A stretch of DNA of 64,000 nucleotides from Azolla caroliniana (lineage: Eukaryota; Plantae; Polypodiophyta), in the NCBI GenBank assembly GCA_043228905.1, contig JBHGNT010000014.1:13268001-13332000 (forward strand). Reading direction: 5' to 3'. Under the pieces are notes generated by a model. It ran no database searches, had not been told where the DNA came from, and saw only the letters and a program-made list of their open reading frames with translations. Shown here piece by piece: positions 52,281-63,465 of this stretch. Positions within the stretch are counted from its first letter, which is position 1. Each line of letters opens with the position of its first letter. The translations under genes were made by a program, and so were the position numbers.

Positions 52281-55200
52281 GAAGTTCTATTCTAATATTG
52301 TTTTTGTATTATCTTTTCTTGTTTTTGTTCTCCTCTTGCACCTATTCTATTCCCACATCTATAGCCCTAGGAGACTCACACAAGCTAGAATAAAGAAGCC
52401 TTACACACAACAAATACCAAGACCCAAAGTTTAAATGACACGTTGATTAAAGATTATCTAACTATTTCAAACAAAAATGATGAAAACTAACACCTTCATT
52501 AGACTTGCACACAACAAACATAATTATGTCGTTGTAGAAATACAGACAAACAAGTGGGCGGTTCATGCATATGAAATCAGAGGGTCAATATGATTCAAAT
52601 TTCAGTTATGTAAGACACTTGTAGAGAAAATTGGTGCACAAAGGGAGAATGAAATAAATATAGATCAAAGAAAGGCACAATTAGGAGCCATCATTGAAGA
52701 TCACAAGAAAGAAACACAATGACCCTCCAAGAGATCATCGGCCTTTCATCGTCCTCAATGACCTCCTAACCAATAAAGAGCATGTTCCACTCTTATTTTT
52801 GGAACAAATAATTCTTTTGCATACGGTGTCGTGAAGAATTTCGGCCAGAGGCGGAAACCGGGAAACATTGGCTACGTCGGCGGGGTGCAGCGTGTGTACG
52901 CACCCATGTACATTTAGTGTGAATATCGAGGGCGCCTTTATGGCACCGAAGAGTAGTCAAGTCGGGACAGACGATCCCATGTAAGTCAAGATTTATCCCA
53001 CATTGTAACGCATCCCTCTCCTTGTTCTATAAAAGGAAGGGAACGCCCTTTGTGAAAGGGTTGCCCATTTTGCATTAGAGGGTATACCGTTAGGTTTAGA
53101 GTTAGGTTCTTCTTCTTCTCCTTCTGCGTGTTTTGCTTAGGGTTTGCTTTGGTTCGGCCTCCTGTGCAAGACCCCGCTCGGCGCGACGAGCTGAGAGCTC
53201 CCCGACGGCGGCTTGACAGCAGACGACTACTGTAACCTACCTCAGTCCGGCTCGACGCCGGGAATGTATTCTTCCCTTTATATATATATATATATATTCA
53301 TACATATGTTTGTCGGTGTATATTCGCGTCGTTGTTGGTGTCGGGTGCTTACCCTCTCCTGCGTTTTCTATACATAAGGCGTGAGTCGGGTTGGGCTGTG
53401 TGTGCGTGTGTGTGCGTGTGTGCGTGAGTCAGTGTTAAGCACACACACACTCTCTCTCTCTCTCTCCCTTCGGTTGCTTCCGGTGTGTTTCTGGGATGCC
53501 CCAGAAACAATGAAGCACGACTTCCTACGCTCCATCAGTCTCTAGTCCAAGACCCCCGTGGTCTCGCCTTTCTCCACGCACGTGCGTAACAACGCGACAT
53601 ATTTGGTGAACCCGACGTGAAAGGCGGCAAGGGAGGATGGAGTCGGAAGACGACGACCTTGCGGAGATGGTGGCCGAAGTGGTGTTGGAGTCGGCACGAG
53701 TGGCGATGAGGCGAGAAGCAGCGCAACAAGCGGTTGAGCGAGTGGTCGAAAGAGTTGGCCGTTTCAACGAGGACAAAGTCCCATCTTACTTGGAAGCCTA
53801 CAACGCGGAAATGGAGGAGCGTGGCGTAGACGAGGCGTTGAGGCTGGAGTTCTTCTGTCGGGTCGTGGATGTCCGGATGCATGCGGAAATAAAGGAGCTC
53901 CGGGAGGCTCATAGTTCGTGGGAGGCCTTCGAAGAGGCGCTCCTGAAGGCATACGGAGGACTGGTCGAAGGTCGGAAGGGTGTGCCAACGGCTAGATGAT
54001 GAGCGAGCCGAGAAGGCTAAGAGGAAGGTACGCGACGGCGTGCCATCACAGCGGGAAGAGGCCGAACGACCAAGAGAGTCAGCAAGGGTCGGCGTTGGGG
54101 CCAGGATTGCGGAGGCGTACGCAGCTCTCGAGGCGATGATCGAGGAAGAGGAAAGGCGGAGGCCGCAAGCCGAGACTAAGGAGACGGACTTGCCCCATGC
54201 GACGGCGGAAGATCGGCACGACGGTACCACGGGAGAGGGTGCGGAACGAAACACCCTCTCGACTTGTAGAGATAGAACGGCCAAGGACGAGGCCGAGATA
54301 CCGATCGCGAAATCGGAACGTTGGGACCAGCGGTTTCGGGCATGTCAGCCCGAGATCCCGGTCATTGGAGAAGCAAGCCCAGATGGGGCTTGCGCGATTG
54401 GTAAGAAGACGACTGCCGACCACGAAGAGTCGGTGGCTACGGACAAGGGAGTAAAACGATGTCGTGAAGAAAACCGTCCATAAGCGGAATCGGCGCACCG
54501 AGGCGTGGGAACCGGTTCTTCACGCGCGCACGCTCCAAGTAGTACATAGAAGCGAATTAGGAGGATAATCGGCAGGAACGGGCCCTAACACAAGTGGAGA
54601 CAAGACCGCGCGAACAGTCTTTTCGGTCGCGCGCGCGAGCTAAGGAACGGTACGAGTCGGCGGCGTAACTACGCGGATGCGTGAAGAACGGAGCGGATCC
54701 CTGTTCAAAAGGGACAGGGAATAAAGTTGACATGACGGCCTGCTCGTCGGGCTATATAAGGAGCAGGAAAGAGCTGTTGCAGGCATCTCGCGCAGAGAGG
54801 ACGAAGTGCTGTCGGACCGTTTCTGGACGCTTCTCTCTCTGTTTCCTTCCTTCTTGAGCTCCATAGCTTTCTGTGCAGGGTTCCGAGGAGGCTCGCGCTG
54901 TTTCGAGGAACGCCCGAGTGCTTCCGGCAGCACCTCCGACCTGCTACCCCTTTTGTGCGTCGAAGCGAACAAGCATCGGCATCTGTTCGCCGGCCTGTTC
55001 GGCTGTAACCAACCTGTGCCCCATCGAGGGTTGTAGTCGTGTTAGCCATTTTTGTTAATATACATATTTAGTCATTTGCATCTGTCTGTGTCGGTGTCTG
55101 TTCGCGTTCTCCGTGCTGAAGGGCCGTGTCCCTGTGTATCCCCGGTCCTGCGTAGCCGGTTCTCTCTCTTTCTCCTCCCTCGCTTGCTCTTTGGTTCGAG

Positions 55201-55295
55201 ACCCCCGCGGTCCCGCCTCGTTTCCACACGCACTTGCGTAATAACTCGACATCTTTGGTGAACCCGACGTGAAGGAGGCGGCAGAAGAGCAGAAG

Positions 55296-57422
55296 ATGAG
55301 GGGGTCGGATCTTGCAGAGGCCATGGCTTCGGCCGTGGATCGGATTGTAAACGCGCGCGAGGGCACCGGTGCCCTCGACAGAGCTATTGAGGCGGTCGTC
55401 GGCACGATCGGCCGGTTCGATGGGAAGGATGCCACGAAGTATTTGGCGTCCTACGGTGCAGAGATGCTGATGCGGGACATTCCGGAAGAAAGGCGTCTTG
55501 CCGGATTTCCCCGAGTGGCGATGCCGAGCATCCATGCGGAGGTGCTCGAGGTGCGGGCGGAGAGCCGTACCTGGGAGGAGTTCGAAGGTCGGCTCCTAGA
55601 GAAATACGGGCTGGACGACGCGCTCCGGCTTTCGAAGCGAAGGTTCATGGAATGGGTGGAGTCCCCGGGGAAGGGAAGAAACGCGTCGGCACTCCTCCGG
55701 GAGTTCGAGGAAAACTTTGCGCGCCTTTCGGCGCTCGACCGAACCATCCTGGACACGAGCCGGGTCTTGCTGTTTGTCAAGTCGGTCGACAAGCGGGATC
55801 GGGAGCAAGTGGGCCTCTTGCTGGAAACCGAAGACGGGCTCACTACCGACTGGGCGGCTGTCAAGAAAGTCTGTGGCCGTTTCGACAAACGGCGAGAATG
55901 GGCGGATAACGGGGCAACCGGGTCGGGCTCGGTCGCAGCAAGGAAGCTCGAACCAGCGCCACAGGTGCGAAAGGAAGAGACCCGAGAGTGGTTGGAAACC
56001 GGTCCGGCTTCGACCGGCGTAGTCAGAGGCTCAACCGGAGGAGCGGCGCTGGAGGAATTGACGAGGGCGATAAAGGACCTCCAAATCGCGCAAGCCCGAA
56101 GGGAAGGTGGCAAACCGGCTCGTGACCGACGGCCGGCGGCAGGAAACAGGTGCATGTGGTGCGATGAAGTCGGCCACATTCGGAAGGACTGCGGCGACTT
56201 CGCGGAGGCGCTGAGGAACAGGGTGGTGTACTTGTGGGAAGGACGGGTGCATGCCAGCGACACCCGAAGGGCCCTGAGCCAAAACGACGGGCGAGGTGGT
56301 ATGAAAAGGTTGATGGAAGAGGCGGCGGCCCGACACGCGGAAACCGTCCACTACTCGGCGTCGGCCGGCATTCGGGTCGGGGGCGGCGAGGCCCGAAGGG
56401 AAAGCAAAGCCGGATTCTGGCCGACGATGCTGGAAGGCCTTGCCGGTGCAAGGCTTAAAAGGGAGGAATCGGACCGTGCGGAGAAACGGGTACGGGAGAT
56501 GACCGGGTGGAGCGACCCGGTCGAGGAAAAGACGGGCTTCGTGGAAGCTGCTTGCCAGAACTACGAGGCTCTGGTAGAAGAGAAGCGGGTGGGGAAACCC
56601 GGGACGACCGGGCCCTCACAACGATACGAGACCCGGTCCGGGCCACGACGGGACGAAGCCGGCGGGGCCGGTACGCAAGATAAACCCTAGAAGGGCGGGT
56701 ACCGTCTGGGGACGGAGATAGAAAGGACCACGGACTTACGAAAGGTCCTGGAGGAACGGATCCTCGACAGCAAGGTGGAGCTGTCGTTACGAGAGGTGCT
56801 GGGAATCGCCAAGAAGGAGTTCCACGACTCCATCGTGGACTTGGTGAAACGGAAGAGGCTGTCAACGGAGACAGAACCGGAAAGACCGGTGGAAGTGCGG
56901 ACGACGCACCTAGACGACATGGCGCTGGGAGACGAGTGGGCGGAAAGCCACTATTCGAGACCACACTGGGCCCGAGCGACCACGGAAACCCCGGTGAAGA
57001 TCGGCGATGTCCAGGAACCGGTGATAGCTTTGGTGGACCACGGATCGGAGATCAATTTGATGTCCATGGACTTCTATAAGAAGGGCAAATGGCCGATCAA
57101 CACCAAGCACGGGTGGAAAATAAGGGCAGCAACGCGCGCCACCGAGGAACTGCACGGGGCCTGTCCGAATGTGCGAGTCAAGATCGGCGACGTCGAGATT
57201 GACCAACACTTCTTCGTGCAGGAGACGTCTTCGCATCCGGTCATACTGGGAGAGCCGTACATCACGGCGGCGCGAATGGAGACCAAGGTGCTGGACAATG
57301 GTTCGGCCTACGCGAGGGTCAAAAGCCAAGACGGGCGCCATTCGGTCCAGTTTCTGACGGTACGGACGAACCACGAACGTAACCGCGACTCCCTCGGTTC
57401 CGAAAACCGAGAGGATGTTTAG
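55296..57422 (+). CDS. Element D gag-protease ORF (one in-frame TAG at 56688-56690)
   Basis: Gag has the zinc knuckle CMWCDEVGHIRKDC. The same frame continues into an aspartic protease ALVDHGSEINLM...VILGEPY. Confidence 0.85.
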
Positions 57423-60400
57423 AGAGGACTGCCAAGGCGTGGGGCCGCGACAGTCCGGGTGCTCCGGGAGAACCCCACATCTGTACGATAAAACCGTGTA
57501 CAATAGGTAGGAAATTTTGCTTCTCCGACAGCGGAGCATGTACGATGGTCGGCATCGCCGGCCGAGAGAAAACAAAGACGGAGGGGAGACTTCGAGCGTG
57601 CGGAGTTCTCGGCCCTGACGAAGAAATCAACGGAGCCGTGGAGGCAGTCTCCTTCGACGACACCTTGGGAATGCTGGGGAAGGTAGTCGAAGAAGACCTT
57701 AACGAAGACCGGACGATACCGGTATGTTCCGAAGAAATGTACGAAGTCATCGCGGACTTCGGTCAAGGGCTCGAGTCGGAACGGACGGCCCGAGTTAGCA
57801 CCAAGTACAAGACTGTGGACCGGAAGGTGAGGCCAGTTGCGGCGCCCTTACCGGAGGGCAGCGAGTCGCGAATCAAAGGGGTTGCATCGGACCCCAGCTT
57901 ACGAGATCCGGCCTGCATAGGACACACCTTCACCAACGAGACGCTCCGGGAGCTCAAAATCGGTGGGGGCGGATTCCTACTACCGGCGGAGGAAGACCGG
58001 TTTCGGAGAATGCTCGGAAGGCACGGGAAAGCCTTCGCATTCTCACCGGAGGAAATCGGGTGCGTAGACCCGACGATCGTAGAGCCGATGGTGATATTCA
58101 CGGTACCGCATGTACCGTGGAATCTCAAGCCAATTCCGGTTCCGAGAGCTCACATCCCGAAGTTGATGGAGCTGTTGAAGCAGAAAGTTGATATGGGCAT
58201 CCTCGAGCCGTCGAGCGCCCCGTATTCAAACCGATGGTTTACCGTACCAAAGAAAAACGGATCATTGCGCTTCATTCAGGACCTGCAACCGGTCAATAGG
58301 GTGACCATTCGGAACGCAGGGATCAGACCGACCATAGACGAGTTCGCGGAGGCCTTCGCCGGAAGGTCGATTTACTCGGTCGGTGATCTATACTCAGGGT
58401 ACGACCAGTTCCAGCTAGCCGTGGAGAGCAGAGACATTACGACGATGCGAACTCCCCTCGGCCTAGTGCGGATGTGTACGCTGCCGCAAGGAGGGACCAA
58501 CTCGGTGGCCCACATGGTGAATGCAATGAACAAGGTGCTGAGGGACTGCATCCCGGACATCACCATGCCGTTTCTAGACGACATCCCGATCAAGGGATGC
58601 CCGGTAGAAGAGAAGGACGAGACGATCGGGCCGGACGGATGCCGGCGATTCGTGACGACGCACATCGACGACTGCGAGAAGGTGCTGCAAAGGTTAGAGG
58701 ATGCGAGGCTCACCTTCTCGGGGGAGAAGTCAGCCTTCGGGCAATCGGAAATCATGGTGGTCGGACATTTATGTGGACCATATGGCCGGAAACCGTCTCC
58801 GGCAAAGGTAGAAGCCATCTCCGCGATGAAGCCTGATTGCAGCTCGGTCACGGAAGTACGAAGATTCTTGGGAGCATGCGCCTTCTACCACATATGGATC
58901 CCGCATTACGCGCACGTCGCGGAGCCGCTGTACGGATTATTGAAGAAAGGGCGAAGATTCGAATGGCTAGACAAGCACACGGAGTCGGTCCGGAAGCTGA
59001 AGGAGGCTCTTTCGGCAGCACCGGCGCTCCGAAAGGCCGTCTACAGGAAGGGCACCCCAGTGTACATAACAGTTGACACGAGTCCGACCGGAATCGGGTG
59101 GGTCGTCAACCAAGAAGACGAGGACGGCAATCGGTTTCCGATCCGATTCGGCGCGAAGGTCCTCAGTGAGCGGCAGCGAGGATACGCCCAGGTTAAACGC
59201 GAACTCTGGGGTATCGTTTCGGCGGTGAAGGCCGACAAGGACTATCTGATCGGGACAGAGGTAATCATAGAGACGGATTGCATGCCGATTCTTGGCATGG
59301 TTTCCGGATGCGCGATGCCGGACCTGGCAATGCTCAGGTGGATAGCGTACATCAAGTCCCTGGACCCGGAAATACGACACATTTCCGGGAAAGACAACGC
59401 CATGGCCGACATGCTTTCAAGGGCGAGATTCGATGACGAAGGCGGCATGGTTTCGGAGGACGAAGAGGTCGGCGTGGACTTCTTCGAGACTGCGTATGTG
59501 ACAACCGACGGAACAAGCACTCCGGCGCTTAACGACTTCGACGCGAGCAAGTACGACGGGGAGTGGCTGCAGATCGGTGGGTTTTTGAAGACAATGACGC
59601 CCGATGCGTCATGGACGAAGGACGAGGCCAACCGGATCCGGAAGAAAGCGTACCGGTTCTTTCTCCGGGATGGATACTTGTGGAAGCACCCGAAGAAGAG
59701 GAACGGCGTCCCGCTCCGGGTGGTGGCAATGAAGGAAGATCAGGAGGAGCTGCTAGCGGCCTACCACGACAGCCCTTGGGCTGGACACCGTGGAACATGG
59801 GCTACGTTTGAGAAACTGAAGGGGAAGTATTGGTGGCCGGGGCAGTACCAGGACGTGCATCGGTTCGTGACAACTTGCGAGAGCTGTCAGATGCACTCCA
59901 TAGTCCGACATCGAGACGAGCTTCACCCTACGTACCCTCCGGCCATCCATTTCAAATGGATGGTAGATCTGGTAACGATGCCAATGGGAGTAGGACAGAT
60001 GCGGTATCTGGTCCTAGCGCGGGAGGATCTGACGAACCAGGTCGAAGGCCGGGCCCTTCCGAACAAAACGACCGCGGCCGTATGTCGGTTCCTAATCGAG
60101 GACGTGATATGCCGGTACGGGTGTGTCGGGAAGATTGTGGCTGACCGAGGGGAGTTGGACGCCGAAGAAGCCGCGGAGCTGTTCGACCGGCTGGGAGTCA
60201 AGCTCTCGCTCACCACTGCGTACAATCCGGAGGCGAATGGAAAGGTGGAGCGCGGACACGGACCGATCGTCAAGGCGTTGGTTCGGGCATGTGGAGGCCG
60301 AGTCGGTAACTGGCCGCGGCTGCTACCTTATGCTTTGTGGGCAGACCGGACCACGCACAGTTCGGTAACCGGGTACATGCCGACGGAGCTTATGTTCGGC

Positions 60401-60901
60401 CAGAAGCCGATCATGCCGATGGAACGGACGATCTCCTCATGGGCAACGGTCGATTGGAGGGACGAGATGAGCCGGGAGGAGTTGTTGGCCGCGCGTATAC
60501 GACAGCTCGAGCAGAGACCGGAGGACGTGGAACTGGCTGCGGAGAAGCTCCGAGTGGCGAGGACGAAGAACAAAGCCAGGTTCGACCGAACGCACCGGCT
60601 CCGACCGAAGAAAATCGAAGAAGGTGACTGGGTGCTTGTCTACGACAGCAACCTCGACAACCAGCACCGAGCTACACGGAAGTTCGCACGAAGGTGGTTC
60701 GGGCCTTACGTGGTACGGAGCGCCAATGACAACGGGACATATCACCTGGCGGAACTCGACGGCACGAGAATGGCGATACCGGTTGCAGGGAAGCGGATCA
60801 AAGCGTTCAAGAAGCGACACGACGACGAGCCAGACCCGGCTCTCCTAGTCAGCAGTGACGAACGATCCGAAAACGAGGAAGAACCGACGGGCGAGGAATG
60901 A
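57419..60901 (+). CDS. Element D pol (RT, RNase H, integrase), in the -1 frame relative to gag-pro
   Basis: Frame is open from 57383 to 60901. RT: LRFIQDL, LPQG, PFLDDIPIKG. RNase H: VDTS, KRELWG, ETDC. Integrase: H-H-CC, VDL / ADRG / NGKVERG, and GPY. No chromodomain. Confidence 0.95.
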   Translation, partial: LERTAKAWGRDSPGAPGEPHICTIKPCTIGRKFCFSDSGACTMVGIAGREKTKTEGRLRACGVLGPDEEINGAVEAVSFDDTLGMLGKVVEEDLNEDRTIPVCSEEMYEVIADFGQGLESERTARVSTKYKTVDRKVRPVAAPLPEGSESRIKGVASDPSLRDPACIGHTFTNETLRELKIGGGGFLLPAEEDRFRRMLGRHGKAFAFSPEEIGCVDPTIVEPMVIFTVPHVPWNLKPIPVPRAHIPKLMELLKQKVDMGILEPSSAPYSNRWFTVPKKNGSLRFIQDLQPVNRVTIRNAGIRPTIDEFAEAFAGRSIYSVGDLYSGYDQFQLAVESRDITTMRTPLGLVRMCTLPQGGTNSVAHMVNAMNKVLRDCIPDITMPFLDDIPIKGCPVEEKDETIGPDGCRRFVTTHIDDCEKVLQRLEDARLTFSGEKSAFGQSEIMVVGHLCGPYGRKPSPAKVEAISAMKPDCSSVTEVRRFLGACAFYHIWIPHYAHVAEPLYGLLKKGRRFEWLDKHTESVRKLKEALSAAPALRKAVYRKGTPVYITVDTSPTGIGWVVNQEDEDGNRFPIRFGAKVLSERQRGYAQVKRELWGIVSAVKADKDYLIGTEVIIETDCMPILGMVSGCAMPDLAMLRWIAYIKSLDPEIRHISGKDNAMADMLSRARFDDEGGMVSEDEEVGVDFFETAYVTTDGTSTPALNDFDASKYDGEWLQIGGFLKTMTPDASWTKDEANRIRKKAYRFFLRDGYLWKHPKKRNGVPLRVVAMKEDQEELLAAYHDSPWAGHRGTWATFEKLKGKYWWPGQYQDVHRFVTTCESCQMHSIVRHRDELHPTYPPAIHFKWMVDLVTMPMGVGQMRYLVLAREDLTNQVEGRALPNKTTAAVCRFLIEDVICRYGCVGKIVADRGELDAEEAAELFDRLGVKLSLTTAYNPEANGKVERGHGPIVKALVRACGGRVGNWPRLLPYALWADRTTHSSVTGYMPTELMFGQKPIMPMERTISSWATVDWRDEMSREELLAARIRQLEQRPEDVELAAEKLRVARTKNKARFDRTHRLRPKKIEEGDWVLVYDSNLDNQHRATRKFARRWFGPYVVRSANDNGTYHLAELDGTRMAIPVAGKRIKAFKKRHDDEPDPALLVSSDERSENEEEPTGEE

Positions 60902-62239
60902 AGACGGGCCGGTTTTCTCCGTCCCAACTCTCTTGGCGCATACCGGAGGATGCGCGGTTAGGTGGGGGCGGATGTCGTGAAGAAAACCGTCCATAAGCGG
61001 AATCGGCGCACCGAGGCGTGGGAACCGGTTCTTCACGCGCGCACGCTCCAAGTAGTACATAGAAGCGAATTAGGAGGATAATCGGCAGGAACGGGCCCTA
61101 ACACAAGTGGAGACAAGACCGCGCGAACAGTCTTTTCGGTCGCGCGCGCGAGCTAAGGAACGGTACGAGTCGGCGGCGTAACTACGCGGATGCGTGAAGA
61201 ACGGAGCGGATCCCTGTTCAAAAGGGACAGGGAATAAAGCTGACATGACGGCCTGCTCGTCGGGCTATATAAGGAGCAGGAAAGAGCTGTTGCAGGCATC
61301 TCGCGCAGAGAGGACGAAGTGCTGTCAGACCGTTTCTGGACGCTTCTCTCTCTGTTTCCTTCCTTCTTGAGCTCCATAGCTTTCTGTGCAGGGTTCCGAG
61401 GAGGCTCGCGCTGTTTCGAGGAACGCCCGAGTGCTTCCGGCAGCACCTCCGACCTGCTACCCCTTTTGTGCGTCGAAGCGAACAAGCATCGGCATCTGTT
61501 CGCCGGCCTGTTCGGCTGTAACCAACCTGTGCCCCATCGAGGGTTGTAGTCGTGTTAGCCATTTTTGTTAATATACATATTTAGTCATTCGCATCTGTCT
61601 GTGTCGGTGTCTGTTTGCGTTCTCCGTGCTGAAGGGCCGTGTCCCTGTGTATCCCCGGTCCTGCGTAGCCGGTTCTCTCTCTTTCTCCTCCCTCGCTTGC
61701 TCTTTGGTTCGAGACCCCCGCGGTCCTGCCTCGTTTCCACACGCACTTGCGTAATAACTCGACAACGGACGAGCGATTCTTTGTGTCTTCCCACACTTGC
61801 TCCCGAGATGATGGCAGTCGGGCCCGAGTGCCCACGTGAGTCCCAAGCGGAGGAAGGCGGCGGAGAAAGGCCAAGAATCACCGGCGAGACGATACGGGGA
61901 AGGAGCGGACGAAAGCCCACAGACTCGATTCCGGAGAACTCAGCATTCGGGCCCGTATGGCCATGTAAGACCGAGGAGATGGATGGCGGTACCGAGGAGT
62001 CCTGGCACGATGCCAGCGAAGTCGGATGGGAAACGGCATGCGAGGAGGCTGAGGACGGAAGCGGCATGAAGAGATCGGCATTCCGATATGGGTGGAGCGT
62101 GATCCGATTGTGGATTGTTCGGACGGGGCCGGATTCGGCATGAAAGTGCCGAAACGGAAGAGGGTGCGGGACCAACCGCCCTCTTTTACATGGGGAGAAA
62201 GACCGACCGGGCGAAGGTCGAGATTTGGAAGGAGAATGA

Positions 62240-63065
62240 AAGCCGGTCCTATGGGATTCCTTACACCGATCCGACTGTAGGCCTGAGTGCCGGCGTGAGT
62301 CCGACAAGAGAGATCAGTGGCGACAGGAGAATGGGACTCGGTAATCCGGTGAAAGACGAACGAACCCGAACGAGAACCGGGCGGAGCGGACTCCCGGATG
62401 ACCATTCCGGGAGGAGGAAGAGAGCAGGCCTACGAAGAGGCCGAGGACACGGTACGTCGGTACCACGGGAGAGGGTGCGGAGTAAACCGCCCTCTCGGCA
62501 TGCGGAAAAGGACGACCCGGGATAGGGTCAAGAAGGCGACGAACGCCCGAGGAGGATCCTTCACACCGGTTCTAGAGACTTCGGCAATCGGCAACGCGGT
62601 CGACGTAAGACCGAGATATTGACGGTGGCGGCGAGGTGATGAAGGCAAGGGCTACGGATCGGCGGTCTACGGAGGATCCTTCACACCGGTTCTAGAGACT
62701 TCGGCAGTCGGCAACGCGGTCGACGTAAGACCAAGATACTGACGGTGGCGGCGAGGTGACGAAGGCCATGGGCGTAAGGAAGTCCGGTCCTACGGGATCC
62801 CCACACTTAACTAGAGACTTCGGCTGTTCGGCCAACGTGGCAACGTAAGACCGAGGGAGAAGGAAGGTGGCGGCGGGAAACGGGACCCGACTACGCGGAA
62901 GACACGAGGAGAGTCCGGGAGGGACTCAAACAAAGGTCACCCGAATTTTGGCAAGCATAGAAACGGAGTCTGGTCCTATGGGACCCTCACACCGATCCGG
63001 AGACCTCGGCTGATCGGCCAACGCGGCAACGTAAGACCGATGGATAAGGTTGGTGGCGGCAGGGA
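62240..63065 (+). repeat. Array of ~120-190-bp degenerate repeats inside element C
   Basis: GGATCC..CACACC...AGAC.TCGGC..TCGGC.AACG.GG..ACGTAAGACC recurs near 62552, 62673, 62793 and 62980, with a partial copy near 62245. Confidence 0.85.
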
Positions 63066-63465
63066 ACGGGACCCAACGACACGAGGTTTCGGAAGGAGCC
63101 GGTAGGGGCAAACACGGGGAGGTGTGTCAGGCCGGAAAGGCACACCTGGGACAGAACAAGGGTCTCGCAAGTGGCCATCGCGGGCCGGATCGAAGTGTGA
63201 CTACGGGACGGTGTTCGGCGCGGGCGGGGCCGAACGAAGGAAGCGGAGGACGGCACAAGAGAGGTGTCGGGAACGAGGTGGCAAGTGCGTAGTGGACTGC
63301 ACAGGGTCGAAGTCAGGGAATGGCAAGAGAGGCCGGAGGAGGATTCTCCACACTCGCTTCGTAGATCTTGGTAGCTCTGTTGAAGTAGCGAAGACTGACA
63401 GGGCAAGCCCGGGGTGACAAGCTGGTGGGGGCGAGGGGACGACGGCAAGCGGAAGACTTAGGACC

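Larger units (their letters stand above)
54460..61764 (+). mobile_element. Full-length non-chromovirus Ty3/gypsy element D
   Basis: Near-identical 792-bp LTRs at 54460-55251 and 60973-61764, tRNA-Trp PBS at 55256-55273, PPT GGTGGGGGCGGA before 60973, and probable 4-bp TSD ACGA/ACGG. Confidence 0.97.
52827..63465 (+). mobile_element. Gypsy-like element C: apparently non-autonomous relative of D, split by D and interrupted by E
   Basis: LTR TGTCGTGAAGAA...GCGACA at 52827-53599 and PBS TGGTGAACCCGACGTGAA at 53604. The Gag N-terminus (53637-53999) is homologous to D. The interior continues at 53980-54459 and 61769-63465, linked by GGTACCACGGGAGAGGGTGCGG at about 54222 and 62459. No pol is visible. 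Confidence 0.78.

Noticed and set aside
52823-61768. ACGG before LTR C and after LTR D, suggesting one three-LTR composite insertion
   Set aside because: Sequence after D continues C's reading frame and repeats a motif found before D. D inserted into C explains the data better.
48972-63448. Numerous short overlapping ORFs in the GC-rich elements
   Set aside because: Expected from the low stop-codon frequency at high GC. None has a recognisable domain, and no env-like ORF lies between pol and the 3' LTR of D.
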